The notes: generated by a model from the letters alone, not told the origin. DNA of 63,598 nt, filler included, from Octopus bimaculoides (GCF_001194135.2; 7 parts of 7 records of this genome joined end to end with filler, not necessarily neighbours in it); one strand, 5' to 3'; shown: positions 38,401 to 52,823, counted from the whole stretch's first letter. Program-made: numbers and translations.

Positions 38401-38460
38401 AGGCGGCGAGCTGGCAGAATCGTTAGCACGCCGGGCAAAATGCTTAGCGGTATTTCGTCT
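38401..38460 (+). mobile_element. SINE family B 5' head, abruptly truncated
   Basis: aggcggcgagctggcagaatcgttagcacgccgggcaaaatgcttagcggtatttcgtct, with CpGs intact. Confidence 0.9.
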
Positions 38461-38757
38461 GTGTGACACCGGTTTAGATGCTTAGCGGTGTAGCGGCTCC
38501 GGGAGTTTGTATCTATTAGTAATTATTTGAGTGCGTTTGTACAGTAAGTGCAAGTTTCTATTGACTGTTCTTGTGTTATTTCCTGTTATAATTATTTGTG
38601 TGATAGTCTTCGTTCGAAGACTATCGTGTGTTCTCCCCTGTGGGGAAGACATTAACCGTTGGCAAGATGCCGAATAGTGTATCTTCGTCTGGCGAAGAGT
38701 CAACCGACGGAAAAAATATTGAAAGTTTATTGCTTGGAGATGTTTCAGATTCTTCTG

Positions 38758-38857
38758 NNNNNNNNNNNNNNNNNNNNNNNNNNNNNNNNNNNNNNNNNNN
38801 NTTAATTAATTAANNNNNNNNNNNNNNNNNNNNNNNNNNNNNNNNNNNNNNNNNNNN
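38758..38857. other. Artificial scaffold-join spacer
   Basis: 44N-TTAATTAATTAA-44N. Confidence 0.95.
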
Positions 38858-38889
<32 letters not shown>

Positions 38890-39828
38890 TATTTATATTA
38901 TTATATGATTGAACGCCACGCATCCTCTTCGAAATAAGTTTTATCTTATATATATATATGGATTATGTAATATAACAAGAATAAAACGTTCTTCATTTAC
39001 ATTATGTTTTGCATGTGCATACACAAATTAAATGTACGAAAAACCCAGACCAAGCCATTTTTTTTTTATATATATAGTAGCCATCTGCGTTATTGCTCAT
39101 AAAGTTTTCAATTCCTTTTGATATTCTTCATTGATCAGTCTGAGCCAGGTTTTCATACACTTTGAATTATGCAATAGTTACAACTAGGAATAATTACGGT
39201 CATACAGATTAAGTAAAATGCAGTTTTGCTAATCAGAAATACACTATATCAAACGACTTTAGCTCTTACGTTTTTGACGAAGGACCACAATCCGAAATGT
39301 TGAATTCTCCTGTTTATCATTACATTACACAAAAGTAATTATTTTGTACCTCTGCTTGTTTTTTGTTGCTTTTGTTCCTAAAATCTTTCTAAATATCACT
39401 ATCACATTAATGCGGCTCTTTCATCCGTAATACCTAGACTAATGTAGTCGATAAACAACAAAACAGCATCTATTCACCGTTTGATTCAAAGCTATCTTTT
39501 CACAGATTTTATCTTCTGTGAATATCTATTTATTGATGTATTTTATTATACAATTAAAGATAAGTAAAAAAAATACACCGGCGTATGAATTTCGATCGTC
39601 TTTAATTCGTGGAAATGGCTAGAATAATTTCGAATATATTCGATTCTTTTGACATCTCTTGTTTATATCATGAAGTACTGACTACTGTCATTTTATCTCA
39701 TCATGAAAGCAGAAGCTTCCAATATGGCTTTTATTTATTCATATCAAAACAAATAAATATTGAATTCTATTCTACATTTCGCTATTTTATTTATTTATTT
39801 ATTTTACTGAATATCCCCAAAATTCTTC

Positions 39829-39934
39829 GGCGCAGACATAGCTATGTGGTAAAGAAGTTCGTTTTACAAGCGCGTGATTTCAGGTTCAGTTCTACTGCGC
39901 AACACCTTAGACAAGCGTCTTCAACTATAGCACC
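39829..39934 (+). mobile_element. Diverged SINE family A head
   Basis: gctatgtggtaaagaag...caggttcagttctactgcgcaacaccttagacaagcgtcttcaactatagc. Confidence 0.7.
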
Positions 39935-40688
39935 AAACTAATGTCTTGTGAGCGAATTAATAGAAGAAAACTGCGTGGAAGCCTGCTATGTATGTATGTG
40001 TGTCCGAGTGCGCATGTATATGTATATTTGTGTATATATGTATGTATGTATGTATATAATATATATGTATATATATATATATATATNNNNNNNNNNNNNN
40101 NNNNNNNNNNNNNNNNNNNTGTGTGTGTGTGTGTGTGTATGTGTGAGGGAGAGAGAGAGAGAGAGAATGTAGTTGTGTAATGACGGATCAATGTGAGAAA
40201 GTACAAAGTAAACTACAAATTGAAAAGAAAACAACAAAGTTGCAGTTTTACCTTGTATTTCTATATTTCGGGGTGGAGACCCCTTTTTCAGGATTTTCGG
40301 CAAAGCGGAGGTTGGAGAAAATTTCTTGCTTAGAAGTGTGGGTCGGGGAAGGGAAGTGTATATACATATAGCGCATTGTTCCGTGATGGTAAGATCAACA
40401 AAAAAAGTACTCCATCTGGTGAGAGATAAATATTATTTAATAAACACAATATATTTTTTATGGGCTACTGTTAGTGTCATGTGCTGAGAGCATGCCATAC
40501 AGTGTTTTTTAACACGTCTGGTGTCCAAGTGGTTGATGTTTGTGGTAGGACATAAGACGTGTTTAAAAACACTGTCTGGCATGCTCTCAGCACATGAAAC
40601 TAATAGTAGTACATAAATCATAGTGTTTATTAAATAATATACATACATACATATTCTTTTATTTTTCTATTCTTTTATTTTTCTATTC

Positions 40689-40839
40689 TTTTACTTGTTT
40701 CAGTCATTTGACTGCGGTCATGCTGGAGCTCCGCCTTAAAGGGTTTTTGGTCGAAGAAATCGACCCCAGAACTTATTCATTGTAAGCCTAGTACTTATTC
40801 TATCAGCCTCTTTTGCTGAACCACTAAATTACGGGACGT

Positions 40840-40850
<11 letters not shown>
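40689..40850 (-). mobile_element. SINE family A, 3' half
   Basis: cttttacttgtttcagtcatttgactgcggtcatgctggag...gaccccagaacttattc...gtacttattctatc is the reverse complement of 62220-62370. Confidence 0.9.
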
Positions 40851-40878
<28 letters not shown>

Positions 40879-40885
<7 letters not shown>

Positions 40886-41872
40886 CGTGTAAAAGTCGAA
40901 TTTTTTAGACTATTTTTTTAAGGTCAAATCTATGGAGTCGACTATTTCATGGATACTACTTTTGAGGAGCTGAAATTCAAGCTAGAATTCGAAGTACCGT
41001 ATTAGCAGCAGCAGAAGCTAAAACACAATGAATTACAGTAATATTACCAAAACACATGTCCTTGTAAATAACAAAACCCATAAACAAAACCGCGTAGCTC
41101 TTATAAATATTTACACTTACACTTTTATTTGTATCCATCAAACTTAACAGACTAGTTGAGTGAAATCAATTTATATCTCGTAATTATGTTATATTACCAC
41201 CAGTAACATATCGACCCGGTACCGGCATGCCACTACCTGCCGTAATACGGTGCATACAGGTGATACCTACTCGGAGTGTTTCACATTATAACTCTTCAAT
41301 AACATATTAAAAGATAATGTAGAAGGATTCCGCGGTAAAAAAAAAATGTTTAGAAACCACTGATCTAGCGATTAACTAAATGTTTTCAGGCATACCGAAG
41401 TCATGCCTCTGTACGAATTCATACAGTGGTGTTTGCTGTTGTTCGCCGATAGTGCTGTATGTGAAATACGTTTCTTGCCATGTAAACAGACGAGCGTATG
41501 ACGCATGTGTTTATTGTGCTTGAAGATGCATGTAGGCTTGCGGCATATCCTGTGCATACATTTTAGTAATGGTCTTGTAGCACCCAGACGTGTAGTGCTC
41601 GCTATTAAATGGTGTTTTACTATAAGCACCGGGCATTCCATTATAAACACCAAACATTCCACCTATAGAGCAGGCTACAGTAAAGTAGCCACACAATTTT
41701 GTATCAGTGTTATTTCTACGAACTGTTGCCTCAACATTTTGTTGTCTTGTTGTCGTCCGTGAAATATTAGGGGCGACTTTTATACGGGGTCTATGGAAAA
41801 TTCCCAATTTTTGGGCCAAAAATAAGGGGTCGATTTTAACATGAGATGGACTATTACTCAAGTATATACAGT
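40879..41872. mobile_element. Old Tc1/mariner (pogo/Tc2-like) DNA-transposon relic with degenerate TIRs
   Basis: Left tatatatcgtgtaaaagtcga versus right reverse complement tatatacttgagtaatagtcca (~17/21). The subterminal gg(g/a)gtcga motif recurs near both ends. Confidence 0.45.
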
Positions 41873-43273
41873 ATATATATATATATATATATATATATAA
41901 TGTGCTGTGTGTGTGTGTATGTGTGTGTACACCGTAGAAACTCGATTTACGAACATTTCGAGTGACGAGCGGCCTTCATGGGTGAATTAAATCTGTAAAC
42001 CGAGGTTTTGCACGTGTGTGCGTGCATGTATATGTGTGTTTCTGTGTTTGTGTTTGTCATCCCACCGTTAGACAACCGATGTTACATTATTTACTTGCCG
42101 GTTACTTAGCGGCTCTCAAAAGAGACTGACAGTATAATATCAGACTTACATAAGCTCGTTTCAATATATTGTTCTTGAGTACACGAGACGCATATGTGAC
42201 GCACTAAAAATCTCCATCCTGATATAGGAAGGAACCCAATGGAAGAATCTAGAATACTCCAAATATACTAGTACTTTGTTTGGCCCAAATTTGAAAAGAG
42301 AGATTAACAGGCACCTTTATTTTTTCTTTTTTTAAACGTGATATTTTTGTGCCAAAAATCAGTTGATATTAAAAGATAAAACATTCAAAAGACAACAAAA
42401 AAAAAAAATGTCAGACGTATAATTAAATAAGAACCGTGATATTGATTCAAATGTCGATAGTCAATTTGTAGCAGTAGCAGAAACAACACCCTCTACTACA
42501 AACGAAACCAGTACCACCGTTGCCACCAAGTCCACCATCACCACCGTCAACACCAACGCCACCACTTACACTAATTTCAGTATTCAGGGAGGAAGATCAG
42601 AAGCTAAAATTTACATGTTCAGCATTGAAGAGAAAATATCAGTAGCGAATAATTGTGTAATGTTTGTGAACTTTTCTTGTTGCATTTGTTTTTGTTGCTG
42701 TTATTGTCAGTTGTGGTGATAATGTTAGCAGTCTTAATGGTGGTGGTTGCGGTGAAAGTTATGATAGAGATGGTACTCTTCGTTGTAGTAATAGACGTAT
42801 TAGTAGGTGTTACAATCGTGGTTTTAGTGTAGTTGTTGTAGATGTTGCAGTAGAAATGACTATATTAATATTGGTTCTAGTAATGGTGATTTTATTGGTG
42901 GTATAGGTCGAAACGGCGATGCTTGTGGTGATGATTGTAGTGATGGTGGCGATGGTGTTGATAGTGGTGGTGGCAATATTATTTGTTGTATTACTAGTTA
43001 TGCTAGTAACGATAACATTGTAGTTGCTGTGGTGACCATTTTTATGGAAGAGTTATTTGCAATTATTAGTTATGGCATTAGGGTCAAAAGAATTTTTGAG
43101 GTAATGAAAAATAATTATCGTGCTTGGTGGATTTTAAGGCCAGACTAAGGTATTATGGGGCTTGTAGTATATGTTATGAGTTCTAAATTTATTAATAAAA
43201 AAATACACATAACTATTTAAAGACGAGACATAAATATTTAAAGACAATGTCTTAAGGCACCGAAAACTACGAT

Positions 43274-44935
43274 TTAAAAGTTACAATTTCTAGGTTTAGT
43301 TGAAGCCAGTCTGTTAATGGTACTAGAAATGTCAACTTCATGCAGAAGTTCGTATACATTACTTATTACAAGGTGATTATTCAATTTGTTATGGCCAATG
43401 GTACTTCTTGGTTCGTTGTTATTCCTTTCATTTTTGTAAATGAATGTTTTCCACAGGAAATGATAATCATGAGTAGATGCGCAAGGCATTTTCTACATTT
43501 GAAAATGAGACTCCAAAGAACTGTCTGTTAATAAACGGTAAAACAGTAACTCTATAAAGTTTTGTTTGGAGAAGCAATAACAGTTTTAAACATTTCTGTA
43601 AACTACGTAAATTCTCCGCCGAGACTTCCTTTCAGATCATCCAGATTTAATGATCTTTTTGCAATTTATTCGGGTATGAAGAACTGTAAGCTGATGAAAA
43701 AAAAAAAAAAAAAATCCAAATTCGCCTTTCGATAAGTTTTCTGGCATTTTGACTGAGCAGAAAGCAGGCCATCAATAATGGCAAGAATTGTTTGGCTTTT
43801 AAATTTCTGAGAAGTTGTTTGAGATTTAACAAGAAGATCAAGTACTGGAAATACTGAAACCATCATACTTGTAATGTCGCTTATTCTCTTCGAGTTTACT
43901 GTTGATAATGTTTACACTCATTCAGATCCTTGACTTTTTGATAAATATCTGAAAATTAAAAAAAAGTAGACTACAAAGTTTGAATATATTCATGCAAGGA
44001 TTCATAGAATGCGTAAACTGTGTTCAAATCTTGGCCAGAAGATCGCAAAGAAACGGCAAATAATTGAAAATGCTACAATACTTGACCTTACAGTATAACC
44101 ATTATTCCTATTTCCAGCTTCAACATTATAGAGAGTAGTCCATGAACCTATCATTATATCTCCCTCCTTCTCTCTCTCTCTCTCTCCTAATCATTGTAAT
44201 CCAAGATTTACTATGTAAAAGTGCTTTTCTTGCTTCCTTAACTAGCTGCCTGATATCTGACTTTATTTTCATAGTGATAGTGGGCAAATGAACATATAAT
44301 AATGCAGCAGAAAGGAGGTCCAACATAGAGGTAAAAACAGGAAAAAAAAAGTGCAGAAATTCAAGGGAATTTAATTACTCTTGACAACATTCAGGATTTT
44401 CCAACTAAACTTCGTGAATGTATAAAACATGAAACCGAATCAGCAAAACTTATTCAAAATTCTTTAATTCGTGTTTGTAAGTCATTACATTCTCCACTCA
44501 GGTTACTGACATTGTCATAACTTTGGCCGTATTGCATTCTTTTATATCAATACCATGTTCATTCAAAAAGCCCAATAAGTTCTGAGCGATCTGTTCAGCA
44601 CTTATAACCTTCTATATCTAGAAACTTCACAAATCTTTCAACTAGCCCAAACGATAAAGCATGACGCACAGTTAAAGTCAACTGAATCAAATAAAATATG
44701 TCTGGAGTAAAATCCAATGAAGCAGAATAATACATGTGCTTCTTTCCTTCACAAATAATGTTGTCCAGTATGTTGTATCCATTCAAATCGATAAAATCTT
44801 CAGATGTTGTTTTTAGGTAGATATAATTTAGGTCTCCTCTGTTTGCACATATATTTGTATATCCCATTGGAAAAGGGTTAACTTTAACTAGTAGTTCTCA
44901 AAAAGCCCTAGTGATTTCCACTGTATGGAGAGGAA
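43274..44935 (-). pseudogene. Decayed hAT transposase (ZMYM1/ZBED-like DDE plus C-terminal dimerisation domain)
   Basis: Frameshifted minus-strand segments: KKHMYYSASLDFTPD...LTLTVRH...VERFVKFLDIEG; AEQIAQNLLGFLNEHGIDIKEC; GQSYDNVSNLSG; CFIHSRSLVG; QKFKSQTILAIIDGLLS; RSTIGHNKLNNHLVISNVYELLHEVDISSTINRLAS. Confidence 0.92.
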
Positions 44936-45465
44936 ACAGTTACCTCTTTAACCACGAAACGAAAGATCTCGTTCTGCTAAAATCTTAACAATAATCAATG
45001 AAGTTTGCAATGACTGCAGGTATGAAATATTTATATTCCTTTCTACTCTAGGCTCAAGCCCAAAACTTTGGGGGAAGGGGCCAGTCGATTAGATTTTTAC
45101 GACCCTTAATTACAAACTTCTACAAAGTTCGGACATCGCGTAAAAATTTACGTCCATTTATTTCGCACGATTATATTTATTTCTAATGCTCTTAAATTCT
45201 TTTAAAATATACTAATCAAAGAGCAGTTTACACTTTTATTTTATGCTTTAATATCTATATACATTTTCATAGTAAATATGGATAAGGCATAGCAATGTCT
45301 GCCCGGTTAAGAAATTCGCTTCGCAACCACAGTCTCATGTCCAGTCCCGCTGCACAGAATTTTGAGCTAGTGTCTTCGGCTGCAACGTTGATTCGACCAC
45401 TGCTTCGTGACTAAATTTGGCACATGGAAACTATGCACACACACACGCGTGCGCAAACACGCACA

Positions 45466-45501
<36 letters not shown>

Positions 45502-46413
45502 TATGTCTGTGTGCTTGCGTCTTTGTGCTGTACTTATCTCTCAGTACTTGACAACAAGTGTTGATTTGTTTACATCCCTGTAGCTTAACCAGTTCTACAA
45601 AAAGGCTTATATAAGATAAGCGCCAGATTAAAAATATTTACGCCGGTTCGGGTTCGGGGCACGGACCGAAGCACCTGCCGAAACGCCGTTCTGTTAGGCC
45701 CTGCTTATTGTAATCCATCACGATAATAACACCTGCAAGGCAAATTTTAATTACTATGTTTCGGTGAAACTTCTCTGTAACAGATTATCCATACATGAAA
45801 GGGGACAGAAAACATTTGTACACTATCAAAACAAATTTAGGTCACCTGGTTTTTTATGACCTTGATGTAATAAAAAAGGGGGAATGTTTAAATAATAGGT
45901 GAAGCAAAAAGAAAATGTAATAAAACGCAGACAAAAACTAGACATAAAATTGTTGTTGCAGAATTAGACACAGGGCCAGTAAATTGAAGGGGATGTGGGT
46001 TAGTCGATATCATCGACCCTAGTGTTTGATTGCTATTTCATTATATTTCCCCCCGGAAAATTAGAAGGCAAGTAGGTCTCGGAGTCATTTAAACTCACAA
46101 AGTAAAAAAAAAAAAAAAGAAAAAACGGAAAAAATCTACAGGCACGGCTGGATAGTTAAGAATCTCGCTTTGCAGCCTCTGATTAAGCTCCAATGAGCAG
46201 CACTACTGGCAAATGTCATCTTGTTTGGTCCCCGGCCGGCCGATGTCTTATAAGTGAATTTGATAGACGGAAATTNNNNNNNNNNNNNNNNNNNNNNNNN
46301 NNNNNNNNNNNNNNNNNNNNNNNNNNNNNNNNNNNNNNNNNNNNNNNNNNNNNNNNNNNNNNNNNNNNNNNNNNNNNNNNNNNNNNNNNNNNNNNNNNNN
46401 NNNNNNNNNNNNN

Positions 46414-46670
46414 TTAACGTGCAAGTGGCTGAGCACTCCACAGACACGTGTACCCTTAACGTAGTTCTCGGGGAGATTCAGCGTGACACAGTGTGACAAG
46501 GCCAGCCCTTTGAATTACAGGCACAACAGAAACAGGAAGTAAGAGTAAGAGAAAGTTGTGGTGAAAGAGTACAGCAGGGTTCGCCACCATCCCCTGCCGG
46601 AGCCTCGTGGAGCTTTTAGGTGTTTTCGCTCAATAAACACTCACGGCGCCTGGTCTGGGAATCGAAACCG
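46414..46670 (-). mobile_element. SINE family C partial copy
   Basis: Near-identical to 30856-31110. Confidence 0.92.
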
Positions 46671-46865
46671 CGTGTCTGTGTGCTTGTGCTTGTGCTCGTG
46701 CACTGTTTGTCCCCCACCACCGCTTGACAACCGGTATTGGTTTGTTTATGCTCCCATAACATAGCAGCTCGGCAAAACTTTGTTCGACTAAATCGTTCGA
46801 GGCTGTACCCCAGCATGGCCGTAATCTAATGACTGGAAAAAGTACACGATAAAAGATAAAAGAAA
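46671..46865 (+). mobile_element. SINE family A, 3' half
   Basis: tttgtcccc...gcttgacaaccg...ggcaaaa...ccagcatggccg...aatgactg...aaaagataaaag. Confidence 0.75.
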
Positions 46866-48890
46866 ATGTATTTATTCTGCCGCTTTAACGATTCTGAAAT
46901 AGCGATTTCTTTATATATAGCCTCATATTTGAGCGATGGATGTAATTGATTATATCGACCTCAGTAATTTTATTATCTTATCAACCCCCGGAAAGACGAA
47001 CGGTGAAGTTGACCATGGTAGAAATTGAAATCAGAAGGCAAAGGGATATAACCAAATACTGCAAGGCAGTTCATCCGATGCCCTTCCTATTCAATGGCTG
47101 GAAACAAGAAATCGATTATGGATTTTACTTCATTTAGATAAACAGTGAAAGAGAAATATAAAAAAGTTAATTGGATCTCCATCGGTTTCGGCGATGAGTA
47201 TTGAGCGGTTCGATCAACTGAAATACATGTTCATTGAATTAGAATATTGAATGTTTGAGTATTCTACAGAGAAGTGTACCCTCAATGTAATTCTCAAGCA
47301 GAATCAGCTTGACAATGTGTGACAGGGCTGTATTAGTGAATCTCATTCACGAGCTACCCGACAGGCATCCATATAGTTTCCGGTGACTCATTTTAAATAA
47401 CAAGGCACAGAGTAATCCGAAGCTTTGGTAAAAAAAAAAAAAACTTGCCGAAGATGCCACATAGTGAGATTGAATCTAGGATCAGGACCAGGGCCTCGTG
47501 ATTGCATGATGAAATTTTTAACCCTTCTACCATGCTTCGTCCAGACGACACTCCAAACACAACAAACGACACGATATACAACAGACGACACGCAATAGAC
47601 ACACACATGCACAACAGAGGACACGTAACAAACATACATGCACAACAAATACAACAGGCAACAGAAGACAGCAATACACACACATACACTTACGTTCGGG
47701 TGAACACACAAAGACAAAAACAAAAAAAATAGGTTAAGTTCTTAAACAGCGCGTCTGCTTAGAAACGGGAAGGTGTGTGTTATAAAGTCACTAAGCAAAC
47801 AAAATACAAGTCTGAACTTTGCAAACCACACCTGTAGCGACACGTAACAACGTTTAAGTTGTTTGTGGGACTCTTACATAGAATTGGTGAAATACCATGG
47901 AAGGGCAAATGCAAAATCATTTTATCTATATCCGGATTGTCTGCTCTATTTGGTTCATAAAGAATTTCAATTTTAGTTAAGGGCTGGTTACATCATGACG
48001 TCATACCAAAAGCAGCTGGGACCCATCATGTCTCTCTATCTCGCTAAGTACCTATACATTATTTTGAAAGCGAGAGACCACGACGGAAAGGACGTGTGAA
48101 ATGGACGAGTTCCTTGTAGGGGTCTCGCTATTAGAATATAGTGTACATATTGGACTTTGTCTATATTTCTGAATGCATACATATGCATACTTTTCACATG
48201 CATAAGTTCATGCATACAGACAGATGCGTGCATATACCCATGTAAGGCCGCTGGTGATGATGCTACACACCATACTAATCATGTCTGTCGGGCATATGGA
48301 AGGGAGTGTGATTCAGCATGAGGACTTAAACGACACGCAAAGGTACGTGGAGCCCAATTACAACAACAGCCAGCTATTGCCAAGATCTTTGGCTGGGCTA
48401 AAAAGTCACATTCGATCACAGCACCGTTAAGTTGAGCTTCGTGCAATGGCCATACTTGATAACGAGGGGGCAGCCATCATGTATGTATGTATGTATGTAT
48501 GTATGCATGCATGTATGTATATGTTTGTATGTATGTATGTATGTATGTATTTATGTATGTACATGTAAATAAAGGATTGTCAGGACACTTTTCTTTTGTC
48601 ATTTCCAAGGTTTTTTTTTTACCAGTGACATCTTGTATCTAGTGACTAAACAATGTCTTTTCAACGCTATAGACTTCTTTTCCACCTAAACCTAGAATGT
48701 GCCTATCTACATCTGAACTATTGTGAACTTTTCACATTTGGGCTCTTCCTGACTTCCTGCTATATATTCCTTCGTGTATATTTGCATTTCTTTTCAATAT
48801 GTTATATAAGTGTAAATATGTTAATAACAAACTTGATACCTGTTGACTGCCTATTTACGCTTTTGTTCTGTTATGCGTGTGTGTGTGTGT

Positions 48891-48921
<31 letters not shown>

Positions 48922-48931
48922 CGTGCGTGTG

Positions 48932-48978
<47 letters not shown>

Positions 48979-49137
48979 GTGTGTGTGTATCTATGTATTT
49001 ATGTATGTATATACGCACGTATGTATACCTGTATGTGTGTATGTATATAGGTAAATATGTGTATATGAATGTATAAACGTGTGTGTGTGCGAGTGTGTGT
49101 ATTTGTGTGTGTGCGAGTGTGCGTGTGCGTGTGTATT

Positions 49138-49168
<31 letters not shown>

Positions 49169-49597
49169 GCGCGTGTGTGCCGTGAGAAGTAGATTGCTAT
49201 AACGTGGCATTGTACATATTTCTATCTCAGTAAGCTGAACTATATACTATAACTTTCATACAATAAGAAATAAGAACCTGCGAACGTTCTCTAATAATAC
49301 TACACTTCAAACCGTTGCTCTCTGTAACACGTTATATAAAAGATAGGTGCTTAGCTATGGTTATAGGGGCGGTGGTTGTTATACTTTTAATTAGTTGTTT
49401 AAGTTCGTATAGGATCACATATCTAGAAATAAATATACCCCAGAATAACAGTGTTTTGTCAGTTTATGTCGGAAGAGCATTGTAGAAAAACAATCGTTTT
49501 TATAAAACAGGGTACCACCTTAAATCACATGTCAGTCTCTTAGTATAAAAACATATAGACACACATACACATTCACGCTTACACATAATGATATACA

Positions 49598-49641
<44 letters not shown>

Positions 49642-49741
49642 NNNNNNNNNNNNNNNNNNNNNNNNNNNNNNNNNNNNNNNNNNNNTTAATTAATTAANNN
49701 NNNNNNNNNNNNNNNNNNNNNNNNNNNNNNNNNNNNNNNNN
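49642..49741. other. Artificial scaffold-join spacer
   Basis: 44N-TTAATTAATTAA-44N. Confidence 0.95.
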
Positions 49742-49806
<65 letters not shown>

Positions 49807-49920
49807 GTGAAAAGTATTAAAGGTTTCTGTACAGGTGTTATATTAAGAGAATTAAGGTAATATTTTATGACAAAATAAAGAATTAAAGAGGTAAAAACAG
49901 GTGTAATATTTAAATCTATC

Positions 49921-50140
49921 AAGGCAGCAAACAGGCAGAAATGTTAGCATGCCAGGCAAAATGCTTAGCAGTATTTCGTCTGTCTTTATGTTCTGAGTTC
50001 AAATTCCACTGAGGTCTACCTTGCCTTTCATCCTTTCGGGGCCGATAAATTAAGTACCAGTTGTGTACTAGGGATGATCTAATCAACTGGCCCCCTTCCC
50101 CCAAAATTTCAGGTCTTCTGTCTAGATTAGAAAAGAATAT
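49921..50140 (+). mobile_element. SINE family B copy with heavy CpG decay
   Basis: Collinear with 38401 and 27411. Six of the first seven CpGs are TpG or CpA. Confidence 0.9.
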
Positions 50141-52823
50141 TTAAATCTATCCTGTGTTTTTTAACTTACATAACTGGTTTTATCTGCTGTAGTTGTGGAT
50201 TTATAAAGTGAAAATAGTTATAGTGTTTGCAATATATAGGGTTAGAGTATTGTAGCTGGACACACAATTAGAGTAACAAGATAAAACACAAAATATGAAA
50301 GGATATGGCCTTTAGACAGTAACTTAAAGAAGGGTGCATTAGAAATTTGAGTGACAAGATAGGATTTTTAAATGAAAGACTGCCCTAGAGAGATTGATGG
50401 GTAGATACATGGAGAGAATCAGCAAGACAGGTTGATAGATTAATAATTATTCTTTCATGTAAGACAAGGAGTGGTTAGTTGAACTTTGGTTTCAGGCTGG
50501 TCAAAAATATTTCTAAGTGCCTGTTTTGGTAATCCATCTAGATTACTAGCAACAACAACCAAATAGCCCTTATGGTAAACAAAAAGACACAAACATACAT
50601 ACACACATTCATATTTACTCATACACACACACATACATATTTTTTCATACACACAAACACACACATATTAACTTGCATCCATGCACACAAGAGTTAATGG
50701 TAGATTGTATACATCCCAAAACTATGTGAATGTGTGCTTGTATGTCCCCATAGGAGTGTATCCTAAGTTGCCTGAAACTGTTTGTCAATCATTCCAGCAA
50801 GGCTGGAATTTCATAAAGAATTTTCTTCCTTTATTTATTCATAGATGTTACATGGTAGAATCTGAGCATTTGTAAAATGGAAACATCTTTAAATTGGGTG
50901 GTTCCATTTCAGTATAAGTTGCTATGTGTTCCTGTTTTTTTTCTTTTTTTTTTCATTATTTGTTGCTTATGCATCATTAAGCGTCTGCAAAGTGATAATC
51001 CCTTCTGTCTGATGCAGTTTCTACAGTATGTTATGGCATAAATTGAGTTTTAGAAGTTGCAAGAGAAATTTTCTTTTATTTTGAAGACATGTCTGTGCTT
51101 AAATTTGAATTCCAAGCTGTCATTTAAGTACAGACATGTACCACAATTCAGGCTACCACATTTAGAAACCATGGGGTTGGGCAATTTGGTGGAGGAGCTT
51201 TGCTGAAGTTAGAATATTCATGTAAGTCTTTGGTTACCTTTTGTTTTCAATGACAAATTGATTTTCTAGTAATTTTTCCATTTTTTGATTTTCAAGCAGA
51301 ATAGGTTTGTTGCTTCATATATAGTTAAATATTTCATAATTTCTTGGTTTAAAAGTAGAGACCTAAAGTAAAACATTTTGTGGGGAGCTTTACTTTTTAC
51401 TTCTCTAAGAAAATGGATATCTAAACATTTTTACTCTTTCTATTCCTTTCACAATAAGATTGAGTGGAAATGCTCTTTCAATTAGTATTTCTTTCAGCTC
51501 TTCCTGTCTGTGTAAATGGCTCATGCTGCTTGACCACATGCCACATGGTCACAGCAGATGAGAAGGTATCTTACGTAAATAGAAACTGATTGGGATTCTG
51601 TTTAGCTGGTCACCCAAGAGGACCCAGAAATATGCTGATAGATGGTAAATAAAGCAACACACTTCAACAGCACTTGCCCTCACATTCAATCTGGCCTTCC
51701 AGACTTTGATCATCTTTTTTTAACATTTGACACAATCGTGCAAATCCTTTCTGCTAAGTTGAAGGGAGTGTTTGTTTTTTTATATGTTTAGAATGAAAGG
51801 ATGTAAAAAGAGGATATTGTTTGGAATTCATGGTTTTTGTAAAATTTTACCATTTTACAAATGTTCAAACTCTACCACAGAACAATGCAAAATGAATAAA
51901 ACAGACAATTTATTACAAAATATAAACACTTCTTGAATGGATGACAAACAATTTCTTGGACTTGGATGTGTGATTTCAGACACACTTCCATAGACTCACA
52001 CACCCATATTCATATAGCATTTAGATATATATACAGTATACCATTAACCTGTGTGTGTGTGTGTATATGCAACTTAATATGTATGTGTGTATGTATAACT
52101 ATGTATGTGTCTGTATTTATTATAAGGACTATTTAGTTTGTTTTTTTTCCGTTTTTTTTAATTTATTTATTTTTTGCTCAGTAATCTTGATGAAATGTCA
52201 AATTAGGCACTTGAATATTTTTGACCAGCCTTAAATCAAAGTTCAACTAACCGATCCTTTTTTTTTTTTTTTTTGTGAAAGAATAATAATTTATCTATCT
52301 ACCTATCTAGCTGATTCCATCCATGAATCTGCCTATCAATCTCTCTAGGCCAGTCTTTTGTTTAAAGTTTCTATTTTTCCTATCTCCACACTGCCTGTCT
52401 TACTGTTTAAAAGCTACATCCTTTCATTGTTTGTCTTATAACCTGATACACTAGTTTTGTGTCCAGTTACAAAACCTCCAAACCTATATATTGCAACCTC
52501 TATAACTATTTTTATTTGATGGATGAATAGATTTAAATGATAAATCCAAATCTTGACTGCCTCCTTTTATCAGAACAAATGCTATGTTATTAAATACCAG
52601 TTTAAGCTTGTTTCTTTCAAAAATACATAAATATATATATCAATATATATACAGATATAGATATATATTGGAGCCTAATGAGCCATGTATGAGGCTAAGC
52701 ACATTACAGATGTGAAACCATTCATCACTCTATGACTGGCCATATAATTAACTTCCTGTAAATATATGTGTGTCTGTGTGCACGTGGGCACACATGCATG
52801 TACAGTGATGTTATTTATATACA

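Noticed and set aside
43137-45703. TIR pair enclosing the hAT transposase (aggccagactaagg versus cagggcctaacag)
   Set aside because: The ends do not match each other well and no 8-bp TSD is found.
47540-47700. Degenerate acaacaga(c/g)gacac repeats
   Set aside because: Only 3-4 loose copies in AC-rich low-complexity sequence.
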